Part shown: positions 52,349 to 64,000 of the stretch, one piece after another
Position numbering within the stretch: position 1 is the stretch's first letter
Layout: every line of letters starts with the position of its first letter
Assembly (NCBI RefSeq): GCF_963921235.1
Contig: NC_086118.1
Location: 25,360,001-25,424,000, forward strand
DNA: 64,000 nucleotides
Reading direction: 5' to 3'
Source of the DNA: Mobula hypostoma
Taxonomy: Eukaryota
Program-made: the position numbers and the translations under genes
The notes under the pieces: model-generated
What the model was told of the DNA's origin: nothing
Database searches by the model: none
The model's input: the letters and a program-made list of their open reading frames with translations, nothing else

Positions 52349-55300
52349 GCACCTCTTCCTAGAGATGCTGCTTGGCCTGCTGCGTTCACCAGCAACTTTT
52401 ATGTGTGTTGTTTGAATTTCCAGCGTCTGCAGAATTCCTGTTGATTACATCTGGGAGACTGTTTGTGTCTTCCCTAGTGAAGACAGATCCAAAGTACCTG
52501 TTCAGCTCATCTGCCATTTCCTTGTTCCCCATAATAATTTCACCCGTTTCTGTCTTGAAGGGCCCAACTTTGGTCTTAACTAATTTCTTCCTCTTCACGT
52601 ACCTAAAGGAGCTTTTACTATCCTCCTTTATATTCTTGGCTAGTTTACCTTCGTACCTCATCTTTTCCCCCTGTATTGCCTTTTTAGTTATCTTCTGTTG
52701 CTCCTTAAAAGTCTCCTAATCCTCTGGCTTCCCACTCATCCTTGCTGTGTTATACTTCCTCTCTTTTATTTTTATACTGTCCTTGACTTCCCTTGTCATC
52801 CACGGTTGCCCCTTACTCCTCTTAGAATCTTTCTTCCTCTTTGGAATGAACTGATCCTGCACCTTCAGTATTATTCCCAGAAATACCTGCCATTGTTTTT
52901 CCATTGCCATCCCTGCCAGGGTATCTTTCTAGTTAACTTTGGCCAGCTCCTCCCTCATGGGTCCATAGTCCCCTTTGTTCAACTGTAATATTGACACTTC
53001 CGATTTTCCCTTCTCCCTCTCAAATTGTAGATTAAAACTTAGCATATTATGGTCACTACCTCCTAATGGCTCCTTTACCTCGAGTTCCCTTATCAAATCT
53101 GGCTCATTACACAACACTAAATCCAGAATTGCCTTCTCCCTGGTGGGCTCTAATTCAAGCTGCTCTAAGAATCCATCTCTGAGGCTCTCCACAAACTCCC
53201 TTTCTTGGGGTCCAGTACCAACCAGATTTTCCCAGTTTACCCGCATGTTGAAATCCCCCATAACAACCGTAATATTACCTTTGCGACATGCCAATTTTAA
53301 CTCTTGATTTAACTTGCACCCTATATCCAGGCTACTGTTTGGAGGCCTGTAGATAACTCCCATTAGGGTCTTTTTGCCCTTAGTTTCTACCCATACTGAT
53401 TCTACATCTCCTGATTCTATGTCCCCCCTCTCAAGTGACTGAATTTAATTCGTCACCGACAGAGCCACCCCACCCCCTCTGCCAACCTGTCTGTCCTTTC
53501 GATAGGATGTATACCCTGAATATTCATGCCCCAGCCCTGGTCCTCTTGCAGCCATGTCTCTCTAATTCCCATGACATCATACTTGCCAATTTCCAATTTA
53601 TTTCTTATACTCCGTGCATTCATATATAGTACTTTTAATCCATTTAAAGTAATACTTTTACTCCCCTCACCTTTCACATCGATTCCTATTGCACTTGGCC
53701 ATACTCTCCGATCCCTTCCTGAGCTTTCTGCCCCATTAATTCTGTTGTCTTTCTTAACTTTTCTTATTCTCTCTTTCCCTTTAACTCCATTCTTATATTT
53801 CCAGTTCGTCCCCTCCCCCCACTACTTAGTTTAAACACACCCGTGTAGCAGTGGCAAACCTGCCTGCCAGAATGCTGGTCCCCCGTCTGTTAAGATGCAA
53901 CCCATCCCTTCTGTGCAATTCATCCTTACCCCAAAACAGATCCCAGTGGTCCAAGAATCTAAATCCCTGCCTCCCACACCAGCTCCTCAGCCAAACCTTC
54001 AGATCCCCTATCTCCCTGTTCCTTCCCTCACCAGCACAAGGAATGGGAAGCAAACCGGAGATAACCACACCGGAGGTCCTGCTTTTCAGCATTCTTCCAA
54101 GTTCTCTGAAGTCACGCTGCAGAAATTCTTTCCTCTTTCTCCCGATGTCATTTGTGCCGACATGCACCGCCACTTCTGGCTGTTCACCTTCACCCTTGCG
54201 GATGCCCTGCAATCGGTCTGTGACGTCCTGGATCCTGGCACCAGGGAGGCAACACACCATCCTTAAATCTCACCTGTTGCCGCAGAAACCCCCTTCTGTA
54301 CCTCTCACTATGGAGTCCCCTACTACCATGGCTCTGCCTGACTTCTGTCTCCTTAGCTTTGTTTCAGCGCCAACTTTTGACTCGCAGAGCAGTCCGTCCC
54401 TCAGACTGGCAATGTCTTCTGTCCCGACAGCTTCCAAGAGGGTGAAACTGTTATCAAGAGGTGCATCCCCCGGGCTCTCCTGTACTCCAAGTATCCATCC
54501 CTTCCTCATCGTCGCCCCGCTTCTCTCTTCCGGTATCTTCGGTGTAACGATCTTGCTGCAAGTCCTGTCCAGAAAACGCTCGGCTTCCCCGATGAACCTG
54601 AGGTCATCCAGTTGCTTCTCCAGTGCCTCAACACGGTCCTTCAGGAGCTGAAGCTGGACACACTTTCCACATATGTAGCAGCCAGAGGCACCATCAACGT
54701 CCCTGACCTCCCACATCATGCAAGCAGCACACTGAATCAGTTGACCTGTCATTTCTTCACCACTTCTCACCCTCTCCAACTGTGGCGAGTCTCCTCCCTC
54801 AGCCTCCTTGCCGAAGACTCTTGAGACAAAGACTCGCACTTTTCTCACAAGGCACTTCCCTCGACCAGCCCGCTCCCCTAGAACAAACCTTGATTATATT
54901 GGTTGATACTTTGACTAATTCCTTTCACTTGTCGCACCTCGTCCGACCTTAAATGTTTGTGTTGCTGGATAGTCCCGACCAGTTTTTAAATCAACCGCTC
55001 CTTCTCAGCCAATCCCTTCACTCCTTCACTTGTCGCACCTTGTGTGACCTGGAACAGTTTGACCTTGTATCTGTCAAAAGATGTTAATTTTCATTTAATT
55101 TGATGGTACAGTTTTGTAAAAGCAGATTTGATGTATCAACTAAAGGTCTAGGTTTCATTGGGTTATCATCTAGGAGGAAATTAAGATAGTACATTCTTAT
55201 TCTCAGTATTTGTATTATTTAAACATTAGATTAATTTGATGTATGAGTTTGTAAAATTTTCTGAAAAGTTTAATTGATATGACTGAATTCTGTATTTCAA

Positions 55301-55565
55301 TTCCTTTTACTCAGTTCCCTAAATTAATACCTTGTGACTTCATATATGATACACTTACATGTGATAACAGTAAGATTGTGCAATTGTTTATTTGTAAAGC
55401 TGAAGTTTTGCCAGTGCTGTGGATAGATAATCATAGAAGCATGGTTTGGTATCAATTTTTGACTATATTACTTGGGTTAGTATTGAAAATTTTGTCTCCT
55501 TTTTCAGACATTAATAATGTCAGTGTTATAGTTTAATTTTCCCTTATAAGTGAAATATTTTTAAT

Positions 55566-56160
55566 TGGTTGTTGGTTGGTTGGCATCCATCTGTCTTGAA
55601 GGACAGGTGATGGCAGAAAGTATGGAGATCCTGAGATGCGCAATCGTCAAGATCTCCCTCTCGGCCTCACTGGTGTAGTCCAAAGGAAAGCTTATGAAGC
55701 AATACATTTGGCAACAGTTTGGCCGCAGAAGCTATGGAAGGACGTTCAGTGACATCCAGCCATCTTAGGGGCTCCACTCCAGATTTGTTGTCTGGGTTTG
55801 CTCCCGTAGCCTTCACCTCTCCCACGGCTGCCCACGAGGCAGTGGGGCTATTTACCCATAGCTGGGGATCTGGATCACGAGCACCAAGGTGCGTCCACAC
55901 ACTGGTGGGTGTGCGTGCGTGCTGTGTGTGCAGGGGCCAGTTCTCTTCCCCGTTCTCTGTAGTTCAGCCTGAGTCGGAAAGTTTAGTTTCTGTGTGTCGC
56001 CAGTGAGGAGGCAGTACATGAGGCATGTTGTTGGAGAAGCTATGTACTGGCAGGGAGAGACTTGCACGTTCAGCTCTCTGCTCTCCTTTTTGCTAGACTG
56101 CTGGCCAGTGGTGGAAGCTGAAAGTGAGAGCGACAAACACTACCCACTACGCTACCACAC
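55566..56160 (-). mobile_element. Probable tRNA-derived SINE-like retroposon
   Basis: Minus-strand 5' end has A-box-like tagcgtagtgg (~56144-56154); 3' end has a (ccaa)n-like tail. No clear B box or TSD seen. Confidence 0.5.
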
Positions 56161-56439
56161 TAGACGCATTAAACAACCATTTTAACACTATTTAAATTAA
56201 TACAGTTATTCAGTGTTTGTAACTAGCTTTAAATTTAAACTTGCAGTGGTTTATTGGCTGAAAAGCATAATAGTATGTGTAGAGAGGGAGGGTGGAATTT
56301 GCCTGGGATCAGTGTGTTAGTATATGGAGTGAGTGGAGTGTTTTTGCGTGTCCCCTAACATTAGGATTTGGGAGGGGCACTGCCTTTGTGTCTTTGAGAA
56401 CATCCTGAGATTTTCCAAACCAGAAGCCTTGGATAAACC

Positions 56440-57580
56440 TGAAGATTCGAAGTCTGCTAAGAGCTAGATCAGTGATCGATGATTCACATTCCTACACGAA
56501 GTCCAGATACAACCTACAGAAGGCCTTTGTGAGAGTGAAAAGATAATTCTGTGTGAAATTAGAGACACAATTGGCTTCACGACAGCTTTACATGTCATTG
56601 CTTCCTAGTAGGCAAAATCTATCAGCATAAATGTCAGTGATATTTCACTCCTAGATGAGCTTAATGCCCTTTATGTACGCTCTGAAAGGGAGAATAATAA
56701 CACTGCACCATTGCGAATCCCCACATCATCCCATGATCTCGGCCTCAGAAGCTGTCAGAATCATCAGGCTCCAAAGGTGTGTGACCAACTGACAGAAGCG
56801 TTCCAGGACATCATCATCCTCTTAGTGCCTTGAACTGTTCAAAAGGACAGCAATTATATTAGTGCCCATGAAGAACAAGGTTAGCTGCCTCAACAACTAG
56901 CGACTGGTAGCACTCACATCTACCATATTGAAGTGCTTCGAGAGGTTGGCTATGGCTAGAATTAGCTTCTGCCTGAGAAAGGACCTGGACCCACTGCCGT
57001 TCGTCTACCACCACAATAGGTCTACAGCAAACACATTCTCGCTGGCTCTCCACTGTGCTTTGGAGTATCTAGACAACAGCAAACCATATGTTAGGCTGCT
57101 CTTTATTGATTACAGTTCAACCATCATTCCCTCAGTATTAACTACCAAGCTTCTAAAACTGGGCTCTGTACCTCCCTCTGCAACTGGATTTTTGGCTTCC
57201 TCATTGGAAAATCTTGTCAGTACAGATCAGTAATCATATCTTTTCGCTGTGTGTCAACATAGACTTACCACAAGGATGTGTGCTTAGCCCACTGCTCTAC
57301 TTTGTCTATACTTATGACAGTACAGCTAAGCACAGCTCAAAGTCATTTAGAAATTTGCAGATACATCAGCTGGTTGAGTGGTGTCATAACACCAAACTTG
57401 AACTCAACATCAACAAGACCAAGGATTTGATAGGGGACTTCAGGAAGGGGAAGATAGGATAATGTGCATCTATCCTCATTGAAATGTTAGCAATGCAAAG
57501 GGTGAGCAGCTTCAAGTTCATTGGTGTCAATCTCCAACACTTTGATGCAATCACAAAGAAAGCATGCCATGGCTCGACTT
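56440..57580 (+). mobile_element. Rex1/Babar-like LINE fragment
   Basis: KCFERLAM...DLDPLPFVYHHNRST...YVRLLFIDYSS; PQGCVLSPLLY; LVEWCHNTKLELNINKTK. Confidence 0.82.
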
Positions 57581-58635
57581 TGTAATATGGCACTACTTCC
57601 ATATTATCAGACCAGTCCAGATGAAAAGTCTCAACCTGAAACATCAATTGTCCTGTTTCCTTTTCTACCTGATCCGAGTTCCTCGAGTGGTTTGTTTTTT
57701 AGCTTCAGGTTCCAGCATCTGCAGATTTTTTTTTAACGTAACCAGTCTCTGTTGTGTCAGAATTGGCCAGTTCTGATGCAAAGTCTAAACTGTAAGATTA
57801 AGTTTCTCTCTCTCTCTTTTTCCCAGATGGTATTGGACCTGCTGAACATTTTTCAGCAGCAGCAAATATTCCAGCATATTTGCTTTATTTTGTCTTCACT
57901 GCCTTTGTTAAATCTCTCTATTTGTGCTTTCTCCAGATGCATCAAATAGGATTAGCAAGCATTAACCAACTTCTTTGAATTGGCATCAACACAGTTTTAT
58001 TTTATCTGGATTTTGTTGGTCTCCACCCTATTACAGCTATTCCCATTCTCCTCACCCCTTCTCTACAATTTCATACATATTCAATCAGAATTGGAAAGCT
58101 AGAAGCAAAGTTTTAACTCCCTTTCTGTCTCTATACAGATGCTGCCTGGTCAGCTTGGTGCCTTCACCAATTTTTGTTTTTTATAATACAGAATGGGAAG
58201 GTGTGTACTGTGGCGAGTGGGTTGGGGGGGCGGGGAGAGGCTGCTGGTTCCTAATACTTACAGAAGTAATGAGTCAAATGAAATAAAATAGTTGGAAATT
58301 CTCAGCAGGTTGTACAGCACCTGTGGATAGAGAAACAGGGTGTCAGGGCTGAAAAGTTAACTTTGTTTCCTTTCACTTTGATAAAAAAAAAGTATTCTAA
58401 TAATAACCCTGCTTGATTCCTTTGCTGCCCCATGTCCATGGTGAATAATGATCAATTATAGCATAACTATTTTTATTGATTAAACCTAAGGTAATTTGAA
58501 TAGACTAAATTGCATCAATAATGATCTGTTTTTGTGGTTTGATTCATATGAAGTTGTTGGTTATTTATTTATCCTGTCAGTTTATTTTGACCATCCTTTG
58601 CTCTTGTATTCTGACCTGTTGAACTTGTGATCCAG

Positions 58636-58789
58636 TTTTCAGGAAACACGGGAGGAGTTGGAAGAATTCCAAGAAGGAAGCAGGGAACTTGAAGCTGAGT
58701 TGGAGGCACAGTTGGAGCAGGCAGAACACAGAAATAAAGATTTAGTATCTGACAACCAAAGACTAAAGCTAGATTTGGAGGTATTAAAG
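58636..58789 (+). CDS. NDEL1: NudE-like protein, second coding exon: (S)[51 protein letters not shown]
   Basis: Acceptor tccag at 58635, 154 nt, phase 2 to 0, donor AAG|gtaaac; hallmark [14 protein letters not shown] motif. Confidence 0.96.
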
Positions 58790-61053
58790 GTAAACTGAAT
58801 TTCCAAACAGCATTAATATTAAGCTGGTATTTATTTTGTCTTTCACGTGCTGGCTTTTAACATGCAATATTTGGGCAATCTATACAAAGTGTCTCTAAAA
58901 TTAAATAAATATTTCTATGTCACATACTCAGAATTACTTTGATTTTTGTGTGGCACATCTAACCGTTTAGACAAAGACACAAAGTTGATAGGTAAATTGG
59001 TTACTGTAGGTTGCCTTTAGTGTGTAGATGAGTGGCAGAATTTGGGAATAGTTGATGAATGTGGGGAGAATAAAAATATGAAATAAATGTAGATTAGTCT
59101 ACAAGTGTGGCTGATGGTCATTGTGGACTCTGAGGGTCAAAGATCTTGTTACCCTGCTGAATTTTTCTCACTCCATGACTGAGAACTGTTACAGGTAGTT
59201 CAGTTTACTTTGGTAGATCAGCCCAAACAAATAATTGTGGGGAAAAAAAAGATATGTTATATACCCTAATTATTCTCACCTTGAATGTCTTTTGCTGGTA
59301 GAAGTATTCCAATGCTATCAATATTATATCAGAATTTCCTTGCTGCTTTAAGAACTGCTGAAGCTACCTTTCAACCGTTCAAGAGCATTTATGTTATAGT
59401 TTGAAAAATTACATCATAGGTCAGAATTTTAAGTTCCTCTTATTTAGTGCAGGATCTCATTTCACAATGTTTTTAGGTGCTGGTGTAATGTTAGACATTG
59501 TTAAAGCCATAGGCTCAAATGATTGCTATCAGTGGTTAAAACATTCTGCTGTCCTGTTGTATTTTGCAAGTGGAATTGCAATAATATTATGATACAATAT
59601 TTGGGGTCAGGTGGGTGTCATGATTTAGCACATCAGACCTATGCTGATTCTTAACAATCACATAATCTTCCTCTTTCCATTGGTTTTCTAGCCTTCAGAT
59701 GTTTATCCAATTTTCTTTACCATATGATTCCTTCATAAGTGCTTTCACATTTACGGCCTACTGAATCAGCTCTGGTTAATTTGCCAATCATCATAAATCT
59801 GTGTATTCTACTTTCTGAAGCTTCTGCAACTGGAAATTTTGAATTTCCTTTATCAGAAAGAGTCAGTAACCCCATCTTCTTTAACCTTTGTATATATTTG
59901 GTCCTTCCAGTCTTTTTTATGTGCCCTTTGTTCATCTGTATACTTGGGTTTGCATTTTAACAACAATGGTCAGCTGCTGTCAGCCAGGGTTTTATATGTC
60001 ATTGGTTTATTTTGTAATTTCTTCAATCAACAAAACCAGTAATCTCATATGCCATCTTAAAATCAGCCTTTTCAACATCATGACTTAAATGATTTCTGTA
60101 TTTGGGCAGCTCCTTCAATTCCTTTGAACATTATTTAGTTCAAATTATCTTACTTTTTCTTGCAAAAAAATGTTTTACAATTCTGTGCACTGAATTTAAC
60201 TGCCATATTCCTGTCCATTGTACTACACTCATGTACCTTCTTGAAGTTTTTTACCATAGCTCATTTCTACATTTGAGTTTACTTCATCTGAAAGCTTTAA
60301 AATTAACCTTAACTCGTGCTCAGATCATTAATATATACTTAAGACCTGTGATCTTTTACCAAACCCCAGGAGAATATACCTTAAAGATTTCCTCCAGTCT
60401 GGGGGGAGAGAAAACACTGTTCCTCTGCTTTTTATCCCGTAGCTAACTTTATATTCCTGCTGCCACTGCAATCCTACAGGCTTTTATTTTACTAGCAATT
60501 AATTTCACTTGAATTTTGCTCCAAATGATGAATACATTATTTTTCTCTACTGCTGATCCGTGCAGATTGTCGTGAGATTGCCACTGTACTGGCATAGTCT
60601 ACTATCAATATATATCAACAAGAAAAGGGTTTATTGCGGTCAGAAAGAGGCAAGCCTGGGCTGAGTCTGAATTCTGGTCCCAGAGGTGAAAAGCCTATAT
60701 TTTTACCCTCTGTGCCATCTAATCATTTCAGTGAAAGGCAATGTTAGGAAGTAGATCTTCATATTTGCTTATGCAATTAGATAATTGTTGCAATGAAATA
60801 GTTTATCAATTAGAGTTTGAAATTATTTGAATGATGACCAAGATGATGAATTTGAGATATAGTTCCTGGAATTAATGAAGACCTTGAAGACAATTTCTTT
60901 ATAAATACCACAATTCCGTAAAATAGTGCAGCAAAACTATTAAATTTAAATTCCTGCATGGTAATTGGGTACCATGAGATCAAACATTTCATTTTCTTCA
61001 AACAATATCAAAATATTACTAATCCAATTTTTTAAATTATTTTAACCATTTAG

Positions 61054-61202
61054 GAAAAACTAGAACAGCAATATGCACAGAGTTATAAGCAGATATCTAT
61101 GCTAGAAGATGACTTGGGTCAAACCAGAGGTATCAAAGATCAACTGCATAAATACGTTAGGGAATTGGAGCAAGCAAACGATGATTTAGAAAGAGCCAAA
61201 AG
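61054..61202 (+). CDS. NDEL1: NudE-like protein, third coding exon: [50 protein letters not shown]
   Basis: Acceptor catttag at 61053, 149 nt, donor AG|gtaaga; hallmark [15 protein letters not shown]. The gene continues beyond the window. Confidence 0.96.
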
Positions 61203-62229
61203 GTAAGAATATGTACTCTTAAAGTTTATTTTATGAAAAAGGACTAATTTAATTTATTAATATGTGATATGTGTTCAAAACTCTTTGAATCTCCAAAGCT
61301 TTCTGTCTCTGAACTCTTTTTGAAATCAATACAATTAGAGGACAATGATTACTTGAGAATTATTTTAATATTGTTGTTACAAAAATAAAATTACATTTAA
61401 ATTCATTGCATAAAAAGATATTTGGGTGTGATATTTGTTCATCAGGACATGGCTGTTGTAATTGAACTTCTGGGTCCATCTTTTTGATGCATACCAAATA
61501 CTAGATGCCGAATGGAAAGTATTGCAGTAATATTGGTGTTAGTTCTGGGATCTCATTAAGATCATACTCCATGGTTTATGAACTTAAGCAGTGAAATTAA
61601 ATTATATGGAAAGAAATGTACACCAATGTAGAAGAAAATGGGTGTATTCACATGAAATTAGATAGAGAATGTACATAGAGCATAGAAAGAGATACTTATT
61701 CTAAGTGAGATAAAGAAGCAGAATAGGACATTGAAACTAGTTAGAGAAGTTGTTGCTTTAGGTTGTTCAAAGTTAATGAATAAATGGCATAAGTGTTGTC
61801 TCCTTTGGACTTGATCTTTGAAGTATAGAGCCAGTGGCACCATTCATTTTCATTAGGCATTGTAGACATTCTTGGTGGCAGTTGCAGTTTAAAGTATTAG
61901 AGTTATTCATTAATCATTAATTCGTCTGTCAATTAACCATAGGCTGACACAGCTGCAAAGAAGAAAAGCACTAGTAGGGAACTTTGAAGATTATGTTGAC
62001 AGATATATCTATTTAATGTCTGATATAAGCTACATTCATTATGTCCTTGCATGTTGTGGTTACTTGTAAACTGCATCTTTTATAGGTCTGATTTTCATTT
62101 GTCAAGGAACCTTTGTGTCCTTGAAATTTTACTCTTCCAACATTATAAGAATGTTGATGACTCATTAAAAATAAATCTATTGGAACAATTTCCTATCTTT
62201 TTGAAAATCCACAACTTTGTTGTTTACTT

Positions 62230-62477
62230 CACGTAGGCACTAGGAAATCTGCAGATGCTGGAATTTCAAGCAACACACATAAAAGTTGCTGGTGAACACA
62301 GCAGGCCAGGCAGCATCTCTAGGAAGTGGTACAGTCGACGTTTCGGGCCGAGACCCTCAAATCTCTTACTAGCTCTTCTTTCATTTAGTCCTGACGAAGG
62401 GTGTCGGCCCGAAACGTCGACTGTACCACTTCCTAGAGATGCTGCCTGGCCTGTTGCGTTCACCAGCAACTTTTATG
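62230..62477. mobile_element. PLE terminal-repeat-derived fold-back insertion
   Basis: Arm 62271-62357 inverted against ~62398-62484; 14-bp direct repeat tttgttgtttactt at 62216-62229 and 62478-62491. Confidence 0.88.
62387..62422 (+). ncRNA. Minimal hammerhead ribozyme motif
   Basis: agtc-CTGACGA-agggtgtcggccc-GAAA-c-GTC-gact. Confidence 0.8.
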
Positions 62478-63120
62478 TTTGTTGTTTACTTTCCATTTTT
62501 TGTTTGCTTTTTAGCATAATTTGCATCATTAATAACGGCATTTTAATAGAAAATACCAGTCCTAAATGGTTTCAGTAAAATAGCAGATTGCAATTAGTAC
62601 ATTAAACCAGTGTATCACCAAAACATGATAGATTTCTCTTTTCACCAAATAATAATGGTGAATATGGAAATTAAACACTTTATGGCCCTTGCTTAGTTTC
62701 AGTGTGTTTGTTCTTGTGTCCTGCAGTATTCAATATATATAAAAAAAGCACTCTTTAAACTGCTTGAGAGTGGTTCATCTGCTCACAACAACCAAGGCTT
62801 GTTCAATAATTTATCTTATCTTGTATAATTTGGACAGCATGGTCATTGGATGCATTGCTTTGACCTGCTTAGAATCAGGATGTTTTAAAGAGCTTCCACC
62901 CAGAAGAGCCATATGTTCACATATGAACTAAAAAATACAAACTTATGAAGCTTTTTAAAATTGAGAGGAAAACTGTAAAATATACATTTAAAAATGAACT
63001 GGCATAGATATCAAGATTATAATGTTGAGAAGATACTCAATTAATAAACTGATTTTTTTTTCAGTTAAAACTGGTCACTAGAGAGTATAAAACACTTGAA
63101 GTTGCTTGAATGAAACAACC

Positions 63121-64000
63121 GTCCTCACCTACCACCCCACCAGCCTCCAGGTCCAACATATTATTCTCCATAACTTCCACCACCTCTAACGGGATCCAAC
63201 CACTAAGCACATCTCCCCCCCCCCGCCTGCTTTCCGCAGGGATCGCTCCCTACGCGACTCCCTTGTCCATTCGTTCCCCCCCCCCAATCCCTCCCCACTG
63301 ATCTCTCTCCTGGCACTTATCCTTGTAAACGGATCAAGTGCTACACATGCCCTTACTCTTCCTCCCTTACCACCATTCAGGGCCCCAAACAGTCCTTCCA
63401 GGTGAGGTAACACTTCACCTGTGAGTCGGCTGGGGTGATATACTGCGTCCGGTGCTCCCGATGTGGCCTCCTATATATTGGCGAGACCCGACACAGACTG
63501 GGAGACCGCATTGCTGAACGCCTACGTTCTGTCCACCAGAGAAAGCAGGATCTCCCAGTGGCCACACATTTTAATTCCACATCCCATTCCCATTCTGACA
63601 TGTCTATCCATGGCCTGCTCTACTGTAAAGATGAAGCCACACTCAGCTTGGAGGAACAACACCTTATATTCCGTCTGGGTAGCCTCCAACCTGATGGCAT
63701 GAACATCGACTTCTCTAACTACCGCTAATGCCCCACCTCCCCCTTGTACCCCATCTGTTTATTTTTATACACACATTCTTTCTCTCACTCTCCTTTTTCT
63801 CCCTCTGTCCCTCTGACTATACCCCTTGCCCATCCTCTGGGTTCCCCCCACCTTGTCTTTCTCCCCGGGCCTCCTGTCCCATGATCCTCTCATATCCCCT
63901 TTGCCAATCACCTGCCCAGCTCTTGGCTCCATCCCTCCCCCTCCTGTCTTCTCCTATCATTTTGGATCTCCCCCTCCCCCTCCCACTTTCAAATCTCTTA
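63121..64000 (+). mobile_element. PLE 3' part (GIY-YIG plus start of terminal repeat), runs off the window
   Basis: IYCVRCSRCGLLYIGETRHRLGD...GMNIDFSNYR; in-frame TAA at ~63408 where other copies have CAA. Confidence 0.92.

Larger units (their letters stand above)
49961..52443 (+). mobile_element. Penelope-like element: inverted GIY-YIG/terminal-repeat arm plus 5'-truncated RT-GIY-YIG-terminal repeat
   Basis: RT motifs MGTRMGPSYACLF, FLRDIDDC, LPFLDLSV, TDVYYKPTDSHSYL; GIY-YIG GVIYCVRCSRCGLLYIGET...R..EH...EE...GMN; inverted arms 49961-50747 and 51625-52411; 13-bp TSD attacatctggga at 49948-49960 and 52444-52456. Frameshifted. Confidence 0.95.
48276..55055 (-). mobile_element. Near full-length CR1 LINE, antisense in NDEL1 intron 2, interrupted by a PLE
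   Basis: ORF1 54848-53826 (CAAC...CGKC zinc motif, heptad repeat, VVGDSIVR / HVGTNDIG / DGLHLN esterase); endonuclease 53677-52929; [35 protein letters not shown]-terminus to ~48423. ORF2 is fragmented. Confidence 0.95.

Noticed and set aside
53851..54651. 266-aa plus-strand ORF
   Set aside because: Antisense shadow of CR1 ORF1.

Overview
Eukaryotic, repeat-dense vertebrate DNA. The repeat complement suggests a cartilaginous fish, probably a ray (inference). The only host gene I can support is the 5' half of an NDEL1 (NudE-like) gene on the + strand: a CpG-island promoter with a probable non-coding exon 1 at ~26.0-26.7 kb, and three coding exons (45357-45451, 58636-58789, 61054-61202) with canonical AG/GT ends and matching phases. 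The ORF track does not assemble these exons. Most of the rest is decayed mobile DNA: CR1 LINEs (one near full-length), Rex1/Babar-like and RTE-like LINEs, Gypsy-type LTR pieces, a solo LTR, SINEs, and Tc1, Tigger and hAT-Charlie DNA transposons. The most interesting signal is a young Penelope-like element (PLE; RT plus GIY-YIG) family whose terminal repeat carries a minimal type-I hammerhead ribozyme motif (six copies with an intact core). The family has left five fold-back (hairpin) insertions of 0.2-2.5 kb. They share 13-15 bp target-site duplications, an inverted arm ending at a nearly fixed point 32-41 nt from the element's 3' end, and in one case junctions at the predicted cleavage site. 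PLE-hammerhead association is known in general; the stereotyped architecture here, and its position in NDEL1 introns, merits follow-up. Boundaries of old repeats are approximate and all family assignments are by eye, without a database search.
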